From positions 54,419 to 91,402 of the forward strand of contig BLSG01000247.1 in the NCBI GenBank assembly GCA_012862495.1: 36,984 nt of DNA, in the 5' to 3' direction. Below the pieces are notes generated by a model. The model did no database searches. It had not been told where the DNA came from and saw nothing but the letters and a program-made list of their open reading frames with translations. Below are positions 1 through 10,092 of this stretch, piece by piece (the first letter of the stretch is position 1; each line of letters opens with the position of its first letter). Both the position numbers and the translations under genes were made by a program. The DNA comes from Thraustochytrium aureum (lineage: Eukaryota).

Positions 1-1393
1 CGGCGGCCGGCGCCGCGGGTCGGGTGCCGCGGCGGTTGTCCGCCACCCGCCGTTTGCTGCTCTGCGGCGGTGAACCGCGGCTGGATCCCGAGGGTCTTGC
101 ACATGTGCGACACAGTCTCGAGACAAACCCCGGGCTTGCTGCCCAGCGGGGCCTGGCCGCCAATTGCACGGGCCCCGGCGTCGCTGGCGATGAACCGGGC
201 CGCAACGAACTCGAACACGTCGGGATTGAGATCCAGGAACGCGCTCGGGCCGCGGCTAGGGGCGCTGCGCGAGTGCCGGAGAGCGGCGACCATTTGCCCC
301 AGCACGCTGTCAGGCTTGCGCAGCACGTCGCTCTCCAGGAGGTGAAACGTGCGGTCTGACACTTGGACTGTCAAGCGGACAGCGCCCTTCGAGTCGCCAC
401 GGTGGTCCGACGGGGCAGCGCGCCGAGCTTTGCGGGGCGCATGCTGGATTCGATCTTCGGCGCTCGCCGCTTCGAAAAGCGGGGACTCGGGCTCTGGCTC
501 GGGCGTCGCCGCAGCGGCCGCAGAGCGGTTTCGATCGCTTTGGATCGGGCCGAGCGGGGATTTGGGCGACAGTGGCGAATAGGGCTCCCCAAACGTCGAA
601 GAGCCATGGAAGCCGTTCTCGAGCGCAAGCCGTTCGCGGTCGAGGCGCTCGCGCTGTCGACGCAGGTCTGCCGCCTGCAGGATCCGGGAAAACTCGCGAA
701 ACTCAACCGAGCCAGACTGGTCAAGATCCAGGATGCGAAACAGTTGCTCCACTTGGCCACGGGGCAATGTCGCGCCCAACCTGTGGAGGCCCTTTCCGAG
801 TTCGGCTTTGGAAATGCTTCCCTTGCCCTCCAGGTCCATTTCCTTGAAGGCGTCGAGAAGCCTTGCTCTGCGCTTGTCGAGAATATGGCGGAGGCGTTTT
901 TCGACCAAGAAGACCACCTGGAGGTCGTCGAGTGGCCCGTCGCTCGGTGTCGGGCTGTCTGGCTGAGCAAGTCTCCGGCGCGCCTCGTTCACTACGCGCT
1001 GCTCGAGCTCTTTCATCGGCTCGTGGTTTTTGTGCAAGCTGCGGAGCTTTGCTCTGGAGGCTTGCTCCTTGTGCTGTTGCTGGCGCATGAGCTTTTCGTC
1101 TAGGCCGAGCTTTGCCTGTGGCTGGAGGTCTGCTTCTGCGAGTCGTTCGGACAGCTCGCTGTAAGTTAGCTCAGAGCAAGGGCGTGCGCTCCTTGGGCCA
1201 GCGCCGAATAGGCTTTTCAGGTGTCGAAGCTGCGCGGTGCTCAGGTTGCAAACCCGGCCGCGCGGAGGTCTTCTTCGAGGTGCTCGGCGCGCACGACTTG
1301 CTGGCCCGGATCCTGCTCGCGCTCGAAGGCATTATCTAGGAATCTGTCGAGCAGCGAGCCGCTCGGCTTGTCAAGCGCTGCAGCTGTTGCCAT
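1..1393 (-). CDS. EF-hand pair + BTB/POZ (T1/KCTD-like) domain protein, 3'-truncated by window edge; one frameshift at ~1250-1252
   Basis: Mostly absent from the ORF track because the main frame runs off the window. Manual minus-strand translation gives AFKEMDLEGKGSISKAELGKGL...LFRILDLDQSGSVEFREF (two canonical EF-hand loops, ~693-836), then VRLTVQVSDRTFHLLESDVLRKPDSVLGQMV...AFLDLNPDVFEFV (T1-type BTB pattern, ~200-385). That frame is open from 1331 to 1. The ATG at 1393 (MATAAALDK) joins it if one T is restored in GGG TTT[T]GC AAC. Confidence 0.75.
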
Positions 1394-2742
1394 GACGGCC
1401 CGCGAGAGTGTTTTTTTGCGGCCGTGCAGCACGCACGCGCGGGCGAGCACGGGACGTGCCCTTTCGCTTCCGATGCGCGAGATTACCGGCGAGTCTGACG
1501 GCGGCGTCCCTTGCGCGTAGCCCTTTGTTCCTTCGTTGTCTGTCGATTGCGCTGGGGTTGCTTCTGCCGACCGCTGCTGGCGTGCCATCCCCGCGCCGGA
1601 GCAGCAGCCCACTCCGCGCCGTGAGCACCAAGACAAAGGGCGTCGTCACTTCGGGGATCCTTACGACGCAGATGAAAGGCGTGACGCGGGTGTGAGGTGA
1701 CGAACAATCTATCCGGTAGATTCGGCATGCAGCTGGATTGCTGTTCTGCAACTGTAGGGGCAGGACGCATGCCGAGGCGGCGAGCTCAGCTCTGCCCTGC
1801 TCTCTGCAATCGCCCAGACGGCCCTTCAAAATCAAATGGACGCGAGAGGAGACAGTTCGAAGTTTTGTTTCGCGTGATGCTTGGGCGGCGTGCCATTGAA
1901 TGCAGTCGAGTGACGGCACGAATGTTTCGCCGAGTCTTGTGTCGGGCCGCACGACCCGTCGGACGCTGTCTGGAGCACGGCGGTGGTTTTTCCGGTAAGG
2001 GCGAAGTCCGAGCGCGGTACCCGGCTGCTCCGCAGCTAGCTCCACGAAGCGAGCTGATTTGAGGGCACCCTCACGCCAAAGAGCAAGCAGGCTTTAGAGA
2101 TTGTGCGCGTCAAGGCAGCAGGGCCAGAGCGTGCGCTGCCGGAGCAAGCAAGACGTCAAGCGGGCGGCCTCTGCATTGCCAATCTCGACGCAATCGCCGC
2201 AAACGTACAATGGTAGGATCAGTGGAGGGTTGCCGAGCCTGAAAACATTTCGGGCGTCGCACTCGCTCGCGCGCGTCAAGCGATGGGCCAGCCAAGAAAG
2301 CAAAGCAAGACGATCCTCGCCGCTTGCCTCTCACGAGCCATGTTCGACCATGGCCGTAGACGGGTGCAGAATCGCCGTGCACGCACGCAATCCGTGCGAG
2401 ACAAATAATTCTCTCCGGCAGCCATCACAACAATTGATCCGTTAGACGCGTTACCTGCAGCGCGAGTCGTGAAAGAAGAGGAATAGCTCTGCGCCCAAGT
2501 CGCGTTATTCCTGACGCGCACAAGCGCAGGGCGGGGCGCGCAGGGCAGGGCGCGCAGGACGGGGAGCGCTGCGTTGCGCTGCGTTGCTCAGGAAGGGATT
2601 TCGCTGGCGACGCGCTTGAACGAGGCGCTTGCTGGTTTGGTGGCGTGAACCGCGCAGTCGCGCTGGCGGGCGGCGGCGACCTGGCCTTTTCAGCTCCGGT
2701 GCCACGTCGGTCGCCTGCGAGCCGCACGCCTAGTTTGACGGA

Positions 2743-3780
2743 ATGCCGTCGGCGGCGGTGCATCCACTCAGCGATGAGGGCATAGACAAGGCGGCCAAGC
2801 AGAGCGCGACTCCGATCGCGATTGTTGGCTCCCCTTTGGGCGACGAGGAAAAGGCCGACGTTGTCGAAGAGAAGAAGGAAGACGAGGACGAGCTTCCTTC
2901 CGTATTAGTTCAGGCCGAGAGTGCCGATGACGGGCAGGCGCCTGGCGAAAGCCAGGCGGTGCCGGGGTCGGTCACCAGAATAGACTCTTCGCGCTGGAGA
3001 AGCGACGTCCTGCAGGTGCAAAGTGAAGGTGCAACTCCGCCTGGGTCGACGTCATCCGGTCGCGACAGCTCTCGGGGGGGGGGCGAGTCTTCGCTTCAGA
3101 TCCGTCGGGGCTCAATTTTGTTTATCGACTCGGGGCGGTTTGTCGAACGCGACGAGCATGGGGCCGAGACGGTCCGCAGCGTCCTTGCGTCGCCCCCGCC
3201 GCCAGAGTGTGGTAGCAGTGAGAGCGAACGGGACTCGAACGACGACGGGACGAGCTTTTTGGTCCCGGTCTTGCCGATGAGCCCGCTAGAGACGGAGAAT
3301 GCGCACATCGTTAGTGCGGTAAAAGTGGTCGAGGTGAACAACTCGTTTCGGCCACGGCGCACCTCGTTGGCAGGCGATACTCGGCGAGGCAGCACTGGCT
3401 CGCTAGCATCGCTTTTGTCAAATAGCGGCTCGATGCAATTCGGCCAATCATACAAGCTTAATGGGTCCGACAGTGTCGCTTTGAGGCAGAGCACCGAGTC
3501 GATGGGGCAGCTCTATTTTGGGTCGGGGCGAAGCGGCAGCGTGAACTATGGGAACGGGAGCCAAACTTATGGAGGCGCCAGAGGGGTGCGGGAAAAAGCT
3601 TTGAGCTTTGCTGACGAAAAGGGACTGAACATTCGGCATGTTACCGAGACAACGGAGACGCACTATCAAGTGAACCGACGCGGCCTGTTCAACACTCCGG
3701 CAAAGCGTGCCTTTGCCGCGGGCATAGGGCTGCTCGTCATCTCGCTGATGTTGGTTCCTGTTGTGTTCTTCATCATCTGA
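2743..3780 (+). CDS. Ser/acidic-rich, probably disordered protein with C-terminal transmembrane helix (tail-anchored) and PP1-docking-like motif
   Basis: Intact 345-aa ORF with coding-like composition. Ends in hydrophobic AFAAGIGLLVISLMLVPVVFFII*. Contains KALSFADEKGLNIRHV. Confidence 0.7.
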   Translation: MPSAAVHPLSDEGIDKAAKQSATPIAIVGSPLGDEEKADVVEEKKEDEDELPSVLVQAESADDGQAPGESQAVPGSVTRIDSSRWRSDVLQVQSEGATPPGSTSSGRDSSRGGGESSLQIRRGSILFIDSGRFVERDEHGAETVRSVLASPPPPECGSSESERDSNDDGTSFLVPVLPMSPLETENAHIVSAVKVVEVNNSFRPRRTSLAGDTRRGSTGSLASLLSNSGSMQFGQSYKLNGSDSVALRQSTESMGQLYFGSGRSGSVNYGNGSQTYGGARGVREKALSFADEKGLNIRHVTETTETHYQVNRRGLFNTPAKRAFAAGIGLLVISLMLVPVVFFII

Positions 3781-4095
3781 GAGTCGCAGTCTTTGCAAGA
3801 CCGCAAGACCGAAAAGGAACTTAAAAGCTGCGGGGTTGCCGGGCTCGCCGCCGCCCTCGGCCGCGAGCGTGCGGCTGGCTCCTTTTTTAAAATAAAAACT
3901 TGGCACGAACGAAAACGAGAACCTTTCACTTTTTGGTAGGTCGGTGGGTAGGCTGGATGGCTGTCGGCTGAACAGAGCAGAGCGGACACCCCAGCTATAT
4001 TGGCTGGACAGCGGGACTTGCCCTCCAGCTCCAGTAGAGCTCGTAGCTCTTTGGAGCCTCTGGAGCGACACGGCATGGTCACGTACGTGGCTGGT

Positions 4096-5800
4096 TCACG
4101 AGTTCTTGGAGGAGACCTTGATCGCGATCGTCTTGACAGCCGAGTACTGGGTGAGCCCGTAGGCGCCCAGCTCGCGGCCGGTGCCAGACTCCTTGTAGCC
4201 GCCGAAAGGCGCCTGCGCGAAGAAGAGGTCGTAGCCGTTGACCCAGACAGAGCCAGCGCGCAGCTGCATGCTCATCTTCATTGCAATGTCGAGGTCCCGG
4301 GTGAAGACTCCAGACGCGAGCCCATAGACCGAATCATTGGCCCGGTCCACGACCTCCTCGACGGTCCGAAAGCGAATGATGGTTTGAACAGGCCCGAAGA
4401 TCTCCTCCCTGGCGCAAATGTTGTCGTCCGCGACGTCGGCGAGGACTGTGGGCTCGACAAAGTAGCCCTTGTCGCCCCAGCGCTTCCCGCCGCACTTTAA
4501 CGTGGCCCCCTCCTTGACGCCCTGCTCGACCATGGCGAGCACCTTTTTGAACTGCATCTCGTTGACTTGAGGGCCGTGCTCTACGCCGCGGACCATGGGG
4601 TCTCCCGTGATGCGGCTCTTGGCGCGCGCGACGGCCTTGCGCACGAACTCGTCGTAGACCTCATCTTGCACATAGGTGCGGCTGCCCGCGGCGCAGCACT
4701 GGCCCTGGTTGAAGAAGATCGCATGGTGCGCGGCCTCGACGGCCTCGTCCAGGTCGGCGTCCGCGAAAACGATGCAAGGCGACTTGCCGCCCAGCTCGAG
4801 CGTGACGTCCTTGCAGTTGGACTGGCCGGACGCTTGCAGGATGAGCTTGCCCACCATCGTGGAGCCCGTGAAGGCCACCTTGTCGATTTCCATGTGGTGC
4901 GCAATCGCCGAGCCGGCGGTGGCCCCGAACCCGGGCAGCACGTTGACGACGCCAGGCGGGAAGCCGGCCTCGGCGATGAGCGCGGCAAGGTGGAGAGCGG
5001 TCAGCGGCGTTTGCTCGGCCGGCTTGAGGATAACGCAGTTGCCGCAGCAGAGCGCGGGGGCGAGCTTCCAGATCGCCATCAGCGTCGCAAAGTTCCACGG
5101 GGTCTAGGTCCCCTCCAAGGGCCAGGTCAGCGAGCGGTTCGGGGCTCGCGAGCCGCGCGTCAGCTTCAACTTACAATCATGCCGCAGACTCCGATCGGCT
5201 CGTGGCGCGTCATGCACATGAACGGCCCGTCAACGGGGATGGTCTGCCCGACAATCTTGTCGGTGTACCCCGCATAGTACCGCACGCACTTGATGGCCAG
5301 GGTCATGTCCACGTTGAACGAGTCGCCATACGGCTTGCCGTTGTCGAGTGTCTCGAGGGCAGCAAGCTGTTCGCGGTCGCGCTCCATCAGGTCCGCGAAG
5401 CGGTTCCTGGGGCGGCAAAGCCAGTCAGCGCCCCCGCGCACGCAGGCTCAAGCCAAGCAGGCACACTGGCCGGCCGGCAAAGACAGACGAAAAAGAGGCA
5501 AATAAGCAAACGTCAAAAGCTCACCGCGCACAGAGGCGTCCATCGTGCGCCATTCGTCCCGATCTTGAAGGCGGCCTTCGCGGCCTTGACAGCCTTGTCG
5601 ACGTCCGCCTTGTCTGCGCTGGCCACCTCGCAGATGACCTCCTCATTGACAGGGTTGACCGTCACAAACGTCTCCTTGCTCACCGCGTCCACGAACTGGT
5701 TGTTGATAAACAGCTGCGTGTACTTGACCACAGGCTGCACGGGGATGCGCTCCTGGTCAACATTCGGCAGGATGGTCTTCCTGCGTTTCGTCTCGCTCAT
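4096..5800 (-). CDS. Aldehyde dehydrogenase, ALDH1/ALDH2-like; 3 exons (5800-~5515, 5406-5175, 5103-4096); frameshift at ~5555
   Basis: Motifs [41 protein letters not shown] (catalytic Glu), FNQGQCC (catalytic Cys), [15 protein letters not shown]. Intron 2 at 5104-5174 is GTAAGT...CTAG. Intron 1 acceptor is CCCCAG at 5407 with a CTGAC branch point. Restoring one base gives [17 protein letters not shown]. Confidence 0.95.
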
Positions 5801-5852
5801 CGTGCCTCCCGCAGTCTCGCCCCGCCCTCAAACAGCAGCCAGGCAAAGCGCT

Positions 5853-5956
5853 CTGCCGCCCTCAATCAAGCAACAGCAAGGCAGACCGCTTCGCCGACAG
5901 CCTGCCGCCCTCAAATCAGGCAACAGCACGGCAGATCGCTTCGCCGACAGCCTGCC
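5853..5956. repeat. Tandem duplication of a ~50-bp unit upstream of ALDH
   Basis: CTGCCGCCCTCAA(A)TCARGCAACAGCAMGGCAGAYCGCTTCGCCGACAGC at 5853-5901 and 5902-5951, plus partial copies. Confidence 0.9.
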
Positions 5957-7232
5957 TTCAGGTCGAGCTCCGTCCGCCACGCGTCCGGCACCTGCGCGTT
6001 TCAGCTCTGCCACCTCGCCGCCGGCGTCGCATGCAGAATTCATCGCTGCCAAGTCCGCCGCTCGTTGGTCCTATCCAGCCCGCGACCCGCTCGTCGTTCT
6101 TTTTCGTTCCTTTTCGTTCCTTTCGTTCCTTTTNNNNNNNNNNNNNNNNNNNNNNNNNNNNNNNNNNNNNNNNNNNNNNNNNNNNNNNNNNNNNNNNNNN
6201 NNNNNNNNNNNNNNNNNNNNNNNNNNNNNNNNNNNNNNNNNNNNNNNNNNNNNNNNNNNNNNNNNNNNNNNNNNNNNNNNNNNNNNNNNNNNNNNNNNNN
6301 NNNNNNNNNNNNNNNNNNNNNNNNNNNNNNNNNNNNNNNNNNNNNNNNNNNNNNNNNNNNNNNNNNNNNNNNNNNNNNNNNNNNNNNNNNNNNNNNNNNN
6401 NNNNNNNNNNNNNNNNNNNNNNNNNNNNNNNNNNNNNNNNNNNNNNNNNNNNNNNNNNNNNNNNNNNNNNNNNNNNNNNNNNNNNNNNNNNNNNNNNNNN
6501 NNNNNNNNNNNNNNNNNNNNNNNNNNNNNNNNNNNNNNNNNNNNNNNNNNNNNNNNNNNNNNNNNNNNNNNNNNNNNNNNNNNNNNNNNNNNNNNNNNNN
6601 NNNNNNNNNNNNNNNNNNNNNNNNNNNNNNNNNNNNNNNNNNNNNNNNNNNNNNNNNNNNNNNNNNNNNNNNNNNNNNNNNNNNNNNNNNCTCCCCTCAG
6701 TTCGTCGCTCATCTACCTACTACTTACCGAGCAAGTAAGCTTGAACTTGGAGAGCGCCTGCTTGCGGGACTCGAAGGCGCGCGGGCGGGCGGGCGGGCAG
6801 GCGGGCGCGCTGCCGAGCGGGGAGATTCTTCCGGGATCGCCTGGGTGAACTGCGCCATCCTGCCGCGTGCTCGCCCCCGCCGGAACCGCAGCTAGCTGGC
6901 GAGGAGGAGCCGCGAGCCGCGGCTGGCAAGCCTGTCGGCTGCATCGTGTCGGCGCAGAGACGGTTGCGAACGGCAGCGCCGTGGCTGTCCAGGCAGGTCC
7001 AAAGTGCGGCGCGTTCGGCGAAAGAGCAAGCCGGCGGCAGCAGCAGCATCATACTCTTTCATGACCTGCCGAGGAGGAGGATCCTGGGATCCTTGCAAGG
7101 CCAGCAGCACTTGATTGCCGCCCGCGTGGGTCGGTCGGCGCATGCCTGCCTGGCCGTCAAGAAACAACCCCCAACCAAGCCCCTGCCTCTCTCTCACCGG
7201 GCAGCGCGACGAAACAGCAGTCTCCTCGGACT

Positions 7233-7257
7233 CGATCGATCGATCGATCGATCGATC
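7233..7257. repeat. (GATC)n microsatellite
   Basis: CGATCGATCGATCGATCGATCGATC. A degenerate GATC tract also occurs at ~33524-33563. Confidence 0.9.
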
Positions 7258-7695
7258 AACCCACCCACCGACCCACGCGAGCCGCCGTGCGTGCGGCAGC
7301 GGAGCCATGATCAAGCGCTCGCCGTGGTTTGTTTCGCTCCGAGCAGTGGGCGGCTGAGCACAGGCGTATTTGTCGGCCTGCCCCGCGAGCTTCACGCATG
7401 CGGCACGTGATCGATCGTTTGGCCTCGTCTGCGCAGCACTGTTCAGCGACGCTCGCGCAGCCTTTTAAAAAAACCGGATAGAATCTCTCACGAGTCGCGG
7501 CGCTCTCTGCTCGAAACGAGCGACACATCGCAGCCGGCCCTTGGCGCGCCTGCCAGTGTCTCTTCAGGTCGGGCCAGCCAGCCGCGCCGTGGAGGCCGGC
7601 CACGTTGGAGGCCTGCGTGCCTGCGTGCGTGCGTGTGCGTGCGTTGTCGTTGTCCCTCGGCGCCGCGGGAGGAAACGGTTGCCGGCGAGCGGCTC

Positions 7696-7770
7696 GCAAG
7701 CAATTTGCAAGCAATTCGCAAGCCAAATTTGCAAGCAATTTGCAAGCAATTTGCAAGCAATTTGCAAGCA
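7696..7770. repeat. 11-bp minisatellite (GCAAGCAATTT) x ~6.6
   Basis: Units start at 7696, 7707, 7718, 7731, 7742, 7753 and 7764. Flanked by identical GAGCGGCTCG at 7687-7696 and 7771-7780. Confidence 0.9.
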
Positions 7771-7943
7771 GAGCGGCTCGAAGCCCTGCTCTCTTTCGAG
7801 CTGCTGTTTTTTTAAAGGACGCGTGCGTGAAAGAAGGAATGCAGCGAGGTTTTGGTGGTGAGGAGGGAGGAGAGTTGAACAAGTTGTTGTTGGTGGTGGT
7901 GTTGTTTTTGGGCCAGCACGAGCGCGCACAGCCCGTCTGCCGG

Positions 7944-7944
7944 C

Positions 7945-7976
<32 letters not shown>
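7944..7976. repeat. (CAGA)n microsatellite
   Basis: About 8 tandem CAGA units next to the assembly gap. Confidence 0.9.
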
Positions 7977-9065
7977 GGCCAGGCAGGCANNNNNNNNNNN
8001 NNNNNNNNNNNNNNNNNNNNNNNNNNNNNNNNNNNNNNNNNNNNNNNNNNNNNNNNNNNNNNNNNNNNNNNNNNNNNNNNNNNNNNNNNNNNNNNNNNNN
8101 NNNNNNNNNNNNNNNNNNNNNNNNNNNNNNNNNNNNNNNNNNNNNNNNNNNNNNNNNNNNNNNNNNNNNNNNNNNNNNNNNNNNNNNNNNNNNNNNNNNN
8201 NNNNNNNNNNNNNNNNNNNNNNNNNNNNNNNNNNNNNNNNNNNNNNNNNNNNNNNNNNNNNNNNNNNNNNNNNNNNNNNNNNNNNNNNNNNNNNNNNNNN
8301 NNNNNNNNNNNNNNNNNNNNNNNNNNNNNNNNNNNNNNNNNNNNNNNNNNNNNNNNNNNNNNNNNNNNNNNNNNNNNNNNNNNGTGGGCGCGAGACGTGG
8401 CTACTCGTAAGGGACACTGCGCAGAGTACGGGACCAAGACGGGTTCGCCAGACGAGGCTGGGCTCCACTTGCATCCATCCTCCAAGCCACAGTTTCGAGT
8501 TTCGCACAAGACCGGCGACAGCTTGTGCTTCTACCGTTGAGGTGTTCGGGAACCGGCCGCTCCGGACCGCACAGAGCCGGACCGCTCTGCTCCTGCAACG
8601 TTTGGTGAAAGCAGACTTGGCGGTGCGGCTCTTCGCCCGTTGGACCTCCAAGGGGCCACTTTCGCCAGGGCAGTGCTGCGCGCCACTTGCGCGCTCCACC
8701 TCGTCCGTCCGCTCCTCCTCGCAAGCGCGAGCGAGGTCACGGGTCTTGGCGCATAGACGCCGGACCAAAACCAAGCCAACGCGGAACCGCCTGCACCGGC
8801 TTGTGGACAAAAGTGCGAGCCCTGCGCGCGCCGCAGCGCTTTGCCGGGTCGAACGAACTCCATTGCACCTTGCTTGGTCGATTCGCGAGGTGTGTCAGTT
8901 CTAGCATCCAGCCAACGGGGCAACGCTCGCTGGCTCGCTGAGCGAAAGAGTTCCAAGCCGGCGCGGCAAGACACGAGATTGCCTGCGCGCGCCGCGCGGC
9001 GGGTGAAACGCAGCGCAGTCCCCGATCGAGCCCTCGCTCGAGACGCTTGCGGAGACTCGGGCTGA

Positions 9066-10092
9066 ATGGGTCTCAAGCGGCAACGGCAGCCAAAGGCAAA
9101 CACCTCGAGTATCCCCAAAGACTCTCCCGCACCCGAACCGCCAAGCCACATCGCTGGAGAAATGAGCTCGGCAGCAGCCAGCAGCAAGCGCAAGGCGCCG
9201 CCGGCCGGCCCCCGCCACTGGACAAAGGAAGAGGACGCCCTGCTCAAGCAGGCCGTCGACAAGTATGGCCCTCGCCAGTGGAAGATGCTTGCCCGGTACG
9301 TGCCCTCCGCTCGCATACCCAATGCTTGCAACGGTGGAACAAGGTGCTCAAGCCCGGGCTCCTGAAAGGGCCGTGGAGCGCCGACGAGGACCACCTGCTG
9401 CGATGCCTCGTCGAACAAAGCGTGGCATCCCTGGAGGCGGCCGCGGCATCGAGCAGCACGGCTCTCGACTCGTGCGAGTCGGACGCCCGAGTCAAATCGA
9501 TGGGACACAAGACCTACTCTAGCGAATCTGTTCTCACCGCCGCCTCGGCCGTCTCTGCGATGACCTCGGGCGATTCCGATGACGCGGGCTCCGCCTTTGG
9601 ATCGCTATCGGATCTGCCCGCCTCGAAGCGCATCGATTGGGTCCTCATTGCCGAGAACATCCCTGGTCGTAGCGTCAAGCAGTGCAGGGAGCGCTGGTGC
9701 TCCAACCTGGACCCCGCAATCCGCAAGGGCGACTGGAGCCCAGAGGAGGACCACATTCTGCTGGATACGCAGACCAAGCACGGCAACTGCTGGGCGCATA
9801 TCGCACGGCTGCTCCCGGGGCGAACCGAGCACGCTGTCAAGACGCGCTTCCGCAGCATCATGCGCGCGCGTCGCCGCGAGTGGTCCGCCGAGGAGGACGC
9901 GCTGTTGTTGGAGCAGCACAAGCTCCACGGCAGCAACTGGGCGAAGATCGCGCGTCCCTTCAACGGGCGGCGGACCAAGAATGGCCTCATGACGCGGTTC
10001 AAGCAGTTGCAGGGCCCTATGGAGGAGGAGTTTAGCCAGCCCTCTTTGCAGTCCGAGCCGCGCCAGCCCCATCGTTCGTCGCAGGCCGAGCC
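9066..10092 (+). CDS. Myb-family transcription factor with four Myb repeats; frameshift at ~9307; 3' end in or after gap (possible stop 10487-10489)
   Basis: R1 WTKEEDALL...WKMLARYVPS[+C]RSHTQCLQRWNKVLKP; R2 KGPWSADED...WVLIAENIPGRSVKQCRERWCSNLDP; R3 KGDWSPEED...GNCWAHIARLLPGRTEHAVKTRF; R4 EWSAEED...GSNWAKIARPFNGRRTKNGLMTRF. Confidence 0.9.

Noticed and set aside
6691..9060. Possible small genes between ALDH and Myb (e.g. 6720..7052-, 6892..7395-, 8542..8904+)
   Set aside because: Translations are dominated by microsatellite-derived or low-complexity sequence with no recognisable domain or consistent exon structure.
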